From a virus (lineage: Duplodnaviria > Caudoviricetes): a stretch of 50,547 bases of DNA. Location: the IMG/VR virus record IMGVR_UViG_3300030329_004012, positions 1 through 50,547 of that record, one strand, 5' to 3'. Position 1 is the first letter of the stretch, and every line of letters begins with the position of its first letter. The notes under the pieces were generated by a model. It was not told where the DNA came from, did not search any database, and saw only the letters and a list, made by a program, of their open reading frames with translations. This document shows, in pieces, positions 9,440 through 19,300 of this stretch. Both the position numbers and the translations under genes were made by a program.

Positions 9440-10218
9440 TGAATAAAGTACAATTAACAGAAATAATGAAACTGCATCATCCTGATTTATCAGGAAGGCA
9501 ATATGAGTTATTTATTGAAATGGCAGCAGACAGAATAGCAGAAGAAACTAATATTTATAAAAGAACAGAAATAATAAGCAGTATAGCTGGGCAAAGATTT
9601 TATAATTTTCCAAGACATCTTTTACAAATAGATAAAGTATCATTTAATGATGTTTTTATTCCAAGACTAGTTGGAGAAGTATTAATAGATGATGATGAGT
9701 TTGGAACAAATTCAGAAGATACAGCTGATACAGCATTAGCAACTCCTTCTGCGAATGCTGAAAATGAAAGATTTTGGTTTCTTAGTCCTTATAAAAAATA
9801 TACAGCAGCAAGTACTTCAGCAGAAAAAGTATTCTCTAGAATTGGTATTGTAGAAAAAGTAAAAAATGCAGTTTCTAGAGATGGAAGAACTAGCGATTAT
9901 CAAACTTGCTCTATTACTGGAACATATAATATAAGAGTATATGGTTCATGGATTCCAGAACGATTTACTCAATCTGCAGCTGGTACAGACCAAACTGATG
10001 CTATGTTAGATTATCATGGTCCTTTATCAGCTATTCCAGAACAATTTCATGAAATTTTAGTTATGGGAGCAATAGCTTATGCTTATAAATTTCCTCCTAA
10101 AATAGATATGAAAATACATCAAGTTTTTATGGATGATTTTTTACAAGGTATAAAAAGAATAAGAAAGTGGACAAGGACTAAACAAGCAAGTGGATTTATT
10201 AAAGCACAGGACTTTTAA
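9439..10218 (+). CDS. Head-tail adaptor / tail tubular protein candidate
   Basis: AGQRFYNFP and IPEQFHEILVMGA motifs typical of podoviral adaptor proteins. Confidence 0.65.
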   Translation: MNKVQLTEIMKLHHPDLSGRQYELFIEMAADRIAEETNIYKRTEIISSIAGQRFYNFPRHLLQIDKVSFNDVFIPRLVGEVLIDDDEFGTNSEDTADTALATPSANAENERFWFLSPYKKYTAASTSAEKVFSRIGIVEKVKNAVSRDGRTSDYQTCSITGTYNIRVYGSWIPERFTQSAAGTDQTDAMLDYHGPLSAIPEQFHEILVMGAIAYAYKFPPKIDMKIHQVFMDDFLQGIKRIRKWTRTKQASGFIKAQDF

Positions 10219-10430
10219 TGGAAAAACAAGTTATAGAAAAATTAACTCATATTACTGCTGTTCAAGAAAGAACATTAGAAGATGTAAAAGAAATAAAGTC
10301 TTTATTAAAAGAGCAGAATGGTAGAGTTAGAACAAACGAAAGTGCTATAGCAAGATTAAATGTTATAGCTTCATTAATGGTAACAATAATAGCTGGGTTT
10401 ATAACTTGGTTATTTGGATTTAAACTATAG
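10218..10430 (+). CDS. Small coiled-coil protein with C-terminal TM helix (XhlA/holin-like)
   Basis: EQNGRVRTNE coiled segment plus hydrophobic C-terminus. Confidence 0.6.
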   Translation: MEKQVIEKLTHITAVQERTLEDVKEIKSLLKEQNGRVRTNESAIARLNVIASLMVTIIAGFITWLFGFKL

Positions 10431-10439
10431 GAGAACAAA

Positions 10440-10619
10440 GTGGATATAAAACAAATGATAGTAGGTTATATATTTAATGATGAAATGAAAGCTAAAATTG
10501 TCAAAGAATTAAATGATAATGTTGATATACCTTTTATTTCTGAGAAAACAGAAGGTAAAATATTAGATGCTGTTTATGATTCTGTTGAAGATGTGATTAA
10601 AAAAGCTATCTTAAAATAA
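10440..10619 (+). CDS. Hypothetical protein, 59 aa (GTG start, not in ORF track)
   Basis: AGGAG RBS; MDIKQMIVGYIFNDEMKAKIVKELNDNVDIPFISEKTEGKILDAVYDSVEDVIKKAILK*; TAATG coupling. Confidence 0.7.
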   Translation: MDIKQMIVGYIFNDEMKAKIVKELNDNVDIPFISEKTEGKILDAVYDSVEDVIKKAILK

Positions 10620-10933
10620 TGATAAATAAACTATTTGTTCTACTTAATGATATAACTGATAAAAAAAAGGGAGATATAGTTGAGAGAATCGGTATTGAAA
10701 ATGATAAATCGTATAAAACAAGGCCTAAAAAATGTCCTTCTTGCAGTAAAAAATCTATTGCAGGTCTGGAAATAATAGGAGCTTATGATAGTGAACTATT
10801 ATGGCAATGTTTAAAATGTGGTAGTAGATTTTTGAAATTAAGTAGAATAGAGACCTTAGAACTTTTGGAGAACGCGACCTCCGCTTGGACTAACCCAAAT
10901 GATTGGGGGGAAGTAGACAAACTAATGAATTAG
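10619..10933 (+). CDS. Zn-ribbon protein
   Basis: CPSC...CLKC. Confidence 0.7.
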   Translation: MINKLFVLLNDITDKKKGDIVERIGIENDKSYKTRPKKCPSCSKKSIAGLEIIGAYDSELLWQCLKCGSRFLKLSRIETLELLENATSAWTNPNDWGEVDKLMN

Positions 10934-10940
10934 GAGAGTT

Positions 10941-11732
10941 ATGGCAAAAGATAAGGGCGTGTTAAAACGTGCAATTGTCACACCAGACAAACATGCACCG
11001 ATACATGATAAAGCGGCAATAAATGTCGTTAAGAAAGCAATAGAAATAATAAAACCTGATATTTATGTAGATTTAGGTGACTTTGGAGAATGGCACAGTG
11101 TATCACACTGGCAGTGGAAAAGAAAGAAAAAACCACCACTAGAGTACATTATACCAAGGATTGATAAGGATATTATAGGTGTTAATGAGCTTTTTGACAG
11201 TATTGATGAATCTTTAGATAAAGTAAATTGTAAAGAAAAATATATTACAGCAGGTAATCATGATGAATGGTGTAATATGTTTGTTGAAGAACATCCGTAT
11301 TTACCACAATATAAATTTGAAAATTGCACTAACCTAGAAGAAAGAGGTTATAAGTATTACTCAAATACTCTTTTTGCAGAAAAGTGGCTAAAAATAGGTA
11401 AATTAAGGTTCTATCACGGAGATAAGAAAAAGGGTATGCATCATGCAAAAGCACATTTAGCATATGGAAAAAGTGTTATGTATGGTCATCATCACGGATT
11501 ACAACAAGCTTCGTCTACTATAATAGGTGGACCAATATCAGCTTGGAGTGTTGGATGTTTAAAAGATATGAGCCCTGAAAAAAACAAATGGTTAAAAGGT
11601 AATTTAACAAATTGGTCTCATGCCTTTGCAGTAGTAGATTACTTTAGAGGAGGTTTGTTTACTGTGCATATAGTACAAATAATAAATGGTAAAACCTCAT
11701 TATGGGGGGAACTAATAGATGGGAATAAATAA
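10941..11732 (+). CDS. Calcineurin-like metallophosphoesterase
   Basis: DxH (PDKH), GD (LGDF), GNHD, HG and GHxH motifs. Confidence 0.88.
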   Translation: MAKDKGVLKRAIVTPDKHAPIHDKAAINVVKKAIEIIKPDIYVDLGDFGEWHSVSHWQWKRKKKPPLEYIIPRIDKDIIGVNELFDSIDESLDKVNCKEKYITAGNHDEWCNMFVEEHPYLPQYKFENCTNLEERGYKYYSNTLFAEKWLKIGKLRFYHGDKKKGMHHAKAHLAYGKSVMYGHHHGLQQASSTIIGGPISAWSVGCLKDMSPEKNKWLKGNLTNWSHAFAVVDYFRGGLFTVHIVQIINGKTSLWGELIDGNK

Positions 11733-12079
11733 TGGCTGGATATAGTAGCAATAGAAGAGTATGGTATTCTGATACCAAACCAAAAGGCGAAGGCGCTTTA
11801 GACCCTAGTAATTATAATTATGATATGGCAAAAAAGATGGATGAAGTGTATTATAATAATCCATCTATACTGTCTCTTTTAATGGGAGGTAAAGGAGAAA
11901 ATCCCAGAGATAAAAAAGAAGTATATCAAATACAGCAATTTTTAGGTGATATTGGATATCTCGATAATCAATCAGAACTTGATAGTTTATGGGGACCTAA
12001 AACAGCTGGTGCTTCACATAGATATATATTAAATAAACCAAGTCCTATTTCTAGATTGTTGGATTGGATAGATGGTTAA
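11732..12079 (+). CDS. Protein with a putative peptidoglycan-binding (PGBD-like) domain
   Basis: VYQIQQFLGDIGY...DSLWGPKT resembles the PGBD consensus V..LQ..L...GY...DG.FG..T. Confidence 0.6.
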   Translation: MAGYSSNRRVWYSDTKPKGEGALDPSNYNYDMAKKMDEVYYNNPSILSLLMGGKGENPRDKKEVYQIQQFLGDIGYLDNQSELDSLWGPKTAGASHRYILNKPSPISRLLDWIDG

Positions 12080-12384
12080 TGGACGTACTTACAATATTGG
12101 AACAATTTGGAATACCAGTAGCGGTAGCAATGGCATTCGGATTTTTCATTTGGAAACAAAACAGGTTCATCCAATCTACTCTTATGACAGAACTAGACCA
12201 AGACTTCAAGAGGTTGGAAGGTATTATTATTAAGTTGATTGACCAACAGAAATTAGTGCAAATGGAACAGAAAAAATTAAATGGAATATTTAGAGCTCAA
12301 GTGGAAATAATAGCTAGATTAAGCGGAAATGGATTAAAGGATAAATTTATGAGAATGATGGAAAGAGATAATGATACTATCTAA
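12079..12384 (+). CDS. Holin-like membrane protein (N-terminal TM helix plus coiled coil)
   Basis: ILEQFGIPVAVAMAFGFFIWK; likely start is ATG 12079, coupled to the upstream TAA. Confidence 0.55.
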   Translation: MDVLTILEQFGIPVAVAMAFGFFIWKQNRFIQSTLMTELDQDFKRLEGIIIKLIDQQKLVQMEQKKLNGIFRAQVEIIARLSGNGLKDKFMRMMERDNDTI

Positions 12385-12586
12385 AATGTTAATCAATCAA
12401 ATGGCAAGTTATTTAACTAAGCATTTTAAATTAGATAAAATGATGTCGTATGTTTTTGATGATAATGAATTAGATGAGAAAGTTAAACAACTAGAAAAAA
12501 GGTTGGATTTAATAGAGCAAATTGCTCATCCACCTAAAGATTTTGAATGTAAGTATAAAGAAAAAAAGGAGATAAAATATGGCTAG
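12371..12586 (+). CDS. Hypothetical protein
   Basis: 71-aa ORF overlapping both neighbours. Confidence 0.6.
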   Translation: MILSKMLINQMASYLTKHFKLDKMMSYVFDDNELDEKVKQLEKRLDLIEQIAHPPKDFECKYKEKKEIKYG

Positions 12587-13328
12587 GTCTTTTTCAACTA
12601 GCACATTAACTGTTAAAATACAAGAAGGTATAGTACTTGGTGGAATGAATATGGGAGCTGTAAACTCATTTTCTATCACAGGAATAAAGAATGTTGTAAA
12701 GCGTTTAATGACAGCCACAACTACAGAAGCTGATATTGTTAAATTTTCTACGACAGAAGCTTCAGGTCAGTATATTGCTGCTAATGTAAGATATTTAAGA
12801 ATAACAAATCTTGATGATACAAACTTTTGTTACTTAGTATTTAAAAATGAATATAGTAATGAAGTATGTTTTAAATTAGATAAAGGGCAATCATTTATTT
12901 ATAATGCCGATTCATCATCTGGAGTTATTGATACAATGTTAGCAAACCAAGTTCCATTAGGATTTACTGAAGCTACTGGAGATACAGCTGATGGTAGCGA
13001 TGATATAACTAATATTACAGCTACAAATAAAATAATTCCAGGATTACGATTTTCGCATGATAACGCAAATCCAGTATCAGGTAGTAGTGTAGGGGCAGTA
13101 ACAGGTGGAGATTCTACTGATGGATATAGAGCAACAGCGCATACTCTTGTTACTAGAAACGCAACAACAGGAGCGGAAACTACAGCTAATATAGCTGACC
13201 ATACATCAGGAAGTTCTGATACAAATGGTACAAGTACATACAAAGCTGGATTTGGTGATTTATCAGAAATAACAGTTGAAGCTGATACAGCTTCTTGTGA
13301 TATAGAATTTTATATAGCGACCACTTAG
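12579..13328 (+). CDS. Virion structural protein
   Basis: AAGGAG RBS; Thr/Ser/Gly-rich; VRYLRITNLDD. Confidence 0.65.
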   Translation: MARSFSTSTLTVKIQEGIVLGGMNMGAVNSFSITGIKNVVKRLMTATTTEADIVKFSTTEASGQYIAANVRYLRITNLDDTNFCYLVFKNEYSNEVCFKLDKGQSFIYNADSSSGVIDTMLANQVPLGFTEATGDTADGSDDITNITATNKIIPGLRFSHDNANPVSGSSVGAVTGGDSTDGYRATAHTLVTRNATTGAETTANIADHTSGSSDTNGTSTYKAGFGDLSEITVEADTASCDIEFYIATT

Positions 13329-13329
13329 T

Positions 13330-16300
13330 ATGGCAAAAGAATTTGAAGAAATAAAAGCCTTTCATACTGGGATAATAGGCTCTCCTTCTGGAGTTGATGT
13401 GCCTAAAGAAGCAGCAGTCTACTCTTCTAATGTAGACGCAACTCTTCAACAAGGTTCTTTAATAGGTGTTCAAGACGATTTAATATTAAGTGATGGTGGG
13501 TGGAAAAATAAAAGAACAACATCAAGTTATATAGCATTTAATTATTCAGAAGCAGATTGGACTTCAGTAGTATATCCTCAACTAACAAATAAATATTTTA
13601 TAATTCCTACTTATAAATCTCATTGGCTTGTATATTTTAGTGAAGACTCTACTAAAACCTCTTACAATTTAATTGATTCTGATGCATATGACTACTGGAA
13701 TGAAGAATCTCCTGATTTACGAGAATATAGAATATCTTCATACGCTACTCTTGCATTTTTTTGGGTTAGTTTAAAAGCTTTTGTTGAAAATTCTATGAAA
13801 CCTCGTGAAGATACTTTCGAATACAAAGAAATAAATACAAATTATATGACCCTAACATGGGAAGGTTTAGACCAAAATGAAATGGATTGGACTAATGGTA
13901 TATTTGCAGTAAGATTTACAAATAATTTTTATGGACCAATACCTAATATAAATGTTTATCATGATAGTAATATAAGTTCAACTTATATAAAACACTACCC
14001 TGCAAATGCTACGCATGGAGTTGGGCAAATCGGTAATTTCTTTCAACTAAATTGGATAAAAGTTTTAGAGGATAATGAAGGGCATACATTAGCATTTATA
14101 AATAATGCTGGACAATTCGGTGCATATGAAAATTTTTATACAGAAACTTCTAGTTCTACTACTGTAGCATCAGGTGTAGAAAATGCTGGTAGAAATAAGA
14201 TTACTGCAGAACAAAGAAATAATGATTTATATATAGGTGTAGGAGGTTTATCTACAACTCCTTCAAGATGGTATGGAAAAATAAATAGAAGGCAACTAGA
14301 AAGAACTTTAAGCGGAAGTTATCTTGATGAACTACGTTTACAGTCTCCTCCAAAATTAGATAGATTTTATGAGTTTGATAAAGTAGTAGTTCCTACTTTA
14401 AATAGAGATATGAATAGTGATAATAGTATGATAGCTGGTGCAGCTAGTTTGTATTGCGGAGGAACAGTTGGTACAGACTTTGGTGGAGCAGACGTAGAAG
14501 CTGATGCTTCCATTAATGACTATAGAAGTTTAAATGGTTGGGTAATGAAATGTTTAGCAAATGCTGGGCATGCGTTTCAAGATGATTATACAGCTGCTAC
14601 AGATGATGGACATTTTGATTGGACCTTAAGTTGCAAAAGAGGTATGATATTTAGAGTGTCTATAGGTAATGAAGCTAATGCTCAAGCATTTTCAGTTATA
14701 CAAGATAGTACCTTAGGAGCGCCTGCTGCAGGAGAAGCTATTTTTGAATTAAGAAAAATAAAAGAAATAGGATTTGGAGATACCTCAGCTGTAACAGCTT
14801 CTGCAGAAGGTGTAGAACTTCATGATGGAGATTTATTTCAAGTAGTCGCAGCTCCTAAAACTGGAACTGACTCCTTAGCTCAATCTAATGGTAATGTTAA
14901 TACATATCCAAGATTATTATATGTAGGGTCTTTATCTGGAACTAGTACACATCATGATAGTACTACAGCAGATTTTCCTGCTCCAGCCTGGTCTTATGGA
15001 ATGTTTAATGATTCTTCTATGCTATATAGAATAGCTTTATCTGAATGTAATGATGATAACATATCTAGTGCTGAAACTCAATATACATTTTCAAAAGAAG
15101 GTGCTACTGGTAACACTACTTCTTCTACAGAATTTACAAAAAGAATTACATCATATGATTTAGCTCATTATATAAGTGGTGTTTCAGATTTTAAAATAGG
15201 TACAATTGCAGAATGTATGAGTACTGATGGTTTAGGAGGTATAGGAGGAAGAACATCTACACAAAATTTATTAACTGTTGATACAGTTACTAGGTGTAAT
15301 TCAGTAGGTACTACTGGAGGAACAGATGATACTATAGATAAATATGTAAAATTTCATACTACTGCTAATCATAGCTATATAGTTGGTGATTGGGTTAGAA
15401 TTACAAATAGTGACCACCATAATGGAACCCATCAAATTGTTTGGGCTGATGCTGATGAATTTGTTATTTTAAATAATGTTTATACTGATTCAGATAATAG
15501 TTGTAATGTTATAGGAATTAGTAGAAATTATTATGCTGGTCATGGTAAATTATGGGTAACTTCTTCTAATCCTGAACATTATGATAAACTTTGGCTTGTT
15601 GATGTAGTGAATTGGCATGGTCAAGATAATGATTCTAAAAGAATAACTGCACAAGAATTTAAAATGGATTTTGATAGAATTCATTCTTCATTAACAAGTA
15701 GCGATTCAGGAGAAGGTTTGTTAGAAATACCATGGTGGGATAGAACAGAAAATGGTGGTCAGCCATGGACTGACCCATATTGGACTCCAAATCCAAAAGG
15801 TTTTCCTTCTTCTATTTGTGAAACTCACTCTCATAGACCTCATCTAGATGATGGAGCTTATAATGCAAGCGGTCTTGGTAGATGGAGAGTATGGGTTATG
15901 TACTCTCAAGATAGCGAAGCGACTTTTAATAATTGGGATTTATTTTTATTTAATTTTAGGCCCACAGATACAGGGAATGATGATAATAAATTATGGATGT
16001 ATGATAAAACTCCTCCGTTTCAAGAATGCGGTAAGATTCTAGATACTGCTTATGCTCCTAAAGACAAATTTATGATAACAAGAGGAATACCTCATGGAGG
16101 GGGAAATAATGAAAAATATTTAGGTAATGGAACAGATGAGGCTATTAATAGTGGCTCAGGTATTACATATACAGACTCTGCAAGACAATTTTGGAACGAT
16201 ACTACAGATTTATTTAGTGATAGTAATATGACTAATATTCCAGGTGATTTTGTTCTTAACGCTGGTGAAATATATGATACAAAAACTGGTGGAACTAATA

Positions 16301-19300
16301 CAACTCCTAGTAATGCTAAACTAAGAAGAAATGGTGGACATCTTATAATAAGAGATATTTTACACACTTATTGGGACCAGGGCACTACTCTTGGTCGGCC
16401 TATAAGTAGCGGTGTTCAAGGTCATGTAGACCATACTAGAGAACATGGACATATAGATGCTGTTCAAGGTGGGCTCTGTTATAAAGACCCTAGTGGAATG
16501 TGGCATATGATAGAACTTCCTTTCTATAGAGGAGATTCATCAGGATTTAATAATGCTACTTATGGAGACGATACACATCGTGCTCAGTATAGTTTACGTA
16601 TGGGATATAATATTGGATGGTATAGAGACAATATTACAGAAGATAACGCAAGGTCTCATGCCCCTACTAGACATTGTTTAATTCCTTATTATTCACAATG
16701 GTGGAGTGTTAAAGCATTAGAAGTAGAAGATATACCTGGCGATAATGATGAAGATGTAGCTCATATAGTAACTTTTTCTTCAGAAGTAAGTGGAAAATTT
16801 GTACAAGATGGTGGATATATAGTAGCAAATTATAATGCATTTAATAAAGTTTTGCATTGGCAGGGAAATCCTGGCGAAAGTGCATCAGGTGCAACTTTAG
16901 GTATTCAAAATTATGATAAAAAACAGGTTTTATGTACTATGCATGATTCTCCAGTTGCATTTACTTCATCAGATGCTTATGGTAATATAGGTTTTGAAAC
17001 TGATTCAGTTAGCGATTTAGATTCAGTTACAGATTGGAGTGGTAATGGAAATACTTTCACAGATAGTACATGCGATTATGACAATGACCCAACAGTAACT
17101 TGTAATGCTAATTCTCAGATAATGCCTGATATGTCAGTAAGTGGTACAGGCATACCAACTGGAGCATATGTTGATAGTGTTGATACTCCTGGAGCAGTTA
17201 CTTCATTTGAATTAAGAAATTTAAATGGTACTGCATTATCTACAACAGGCGGAGCTGTTACTGATGGCACTTTAACATTTAGTAAGGGTATACCAGAAGT
17301 TCAAGGAAGACCAACAAAAGCGGCTAATGATGCAGGAGTTATAGATGTAGAAGCTGGTCGTGATACGCAAAATGGTGTAAGAGCTACTTTAGGTTATTCA
17401 AAATATAATCAATATCGTTGGGGACATGATTTTAATGGAACTCATGACTTACATGTTGATGATTATACGACTACTAATCCATGGAATACTTGGGATAGTT
17501 ATAAAGGTCAAGATGGTTATGGTCATTATAATATGATTACAACAACATGGTGTTCTAATGCATATAGTTCTTCTTCTGGATTTGAAAACGAAGATAAAGA
17601 TTATCTTGATGGAAATAATAAATGGACTTATGGTCAATTGCGTTGTAGACATTTTAATGTAGACCACGGTGGACCAAATGATTACTCTAAAGGAGCGGGA
17701 ACATTTTCTGGTTCACGTGGTGAAGGGACAGGATATTTTACATGGTATACTAATATGGATAACACCCAAACTTCTATTGCGTCTTTATATGCTACAGAAT
17801 TTGGTGATAGACCAGTTGGAGATAATGCAGGTGGTAACTATGAAATAGATGACCCAGAAATTATTCAATGGGGTAGATATTATTGGAATGGTATGGATAG
17901 AGGATATTATGCTTCTGATATTGCTTTTCAAAAAAATATATCTGGAAACGTTGTAATGAATTCAGTTGTTGATGGTGGAGAAGATGAAGTTCCTGGTGGA
18001 AAACAGTGGCAAAACAGAAGGATTGTCTGGTGTTGGAGTGTTATGCCCTTTATAACAGGAGGAACTAAAAATTCATCTGCTAGTCCATATGTTTTTTTAA
18101 AAGCTCCAAGAGTTACACAAAGACCAATAAATGCTTATTTTACATATACTGAATCTGGAACTGATGAAAGAACTTATGATATAAAAGTACATGCTTTAGA
18201 TAATTATGCAACTTATTATGATTTGAATAGTTTAAATACTTACTCAAGTTGTACTATGATATACGCAACAGCTCCTGATTTGTCAGGTACTAAAAGAACT
18301 ATGATATTAGTTGTTATTCCTGTTCATGGAAATGGTGATAATGAAGATAGTAGTAATTTTAAAATTAGGTTAGCATATAAATGGAATCAAGGCATTAGAC
18401 CTCTTAGGCTTGGTTCTACTGAGCAAGCTAGAAGAATGTTTTATAATGAAAAACTTACAGGTAAAAATCTTTGTCATGGATTATTACATAAAGGGAATAC
18501 TTATGATGTTTATTGTCCTATTATGTGGGGAAGTAGTAAGGATAATGATAATCAAATGGTTTTACATTATAGAAGAAGTCAATGGCCAACTATGTCAACT
18601 AGTGCAGCAGGTCCAACTGATTTACATTATTTATTCGATAAATTTTATGATTATGAAGATGTTGCTAATTGTTTCGGAGGATTTGATAATGCTGATGGAG
18701 CTTTAAGTACTAGATTTCCTCTTGAACAATTAGGTTCTTATCAAGGAACAGGAACAGGTACTAGTAGCACTGTATCAGGAGATAATGATGATGATGGTTG
18801 TCATTTGAAAACTTCTATACAAATGGGATTTTCAGCAGCAACAGGCGGAGCTGCTTCTGGAACTACAGATTTTCATACAGGTGATGTGGTTGAATATAAA
18901 TTATCTTATTTATATGATGGATATCAAGATGGTCCATTATCTGATTGGGTTTATCAATATGATAATGGAACTGCTTTAACTGGAGATTTGGACCACTTAA
19001 TTTGTACTTTAGAATTAGCTAGAGCTGAATTATTAGGCTTAAGCCCTAGAGTAACTGATGTTGTTGTATGGAGAAGAAATAACGAAACTGATGAATTCAG
19101 ATATGTACATCAAGTAAATTTAGAAGAATTAGGAAATGGGCCTGAAACTACCAATGAAACATATGTTGCTACTTTTAAAGATAGAGTTGCTATGCAAAGT
19201 TATCAAGCTACAACTGGATTAAGTGAAACACTAAAGTCATCAGAAATGAATTTTGCAACTTCAGCTCAATTAGCAGACTTTTTATTTGTGGCAGATGTTT

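Noticed and set aside
15345-15470. E1 FCCH-like module in the tail protein as part of the Ubl system
   Set aside because: This small beta module is common in phage tail proteins; there is no evidence of a functional link.
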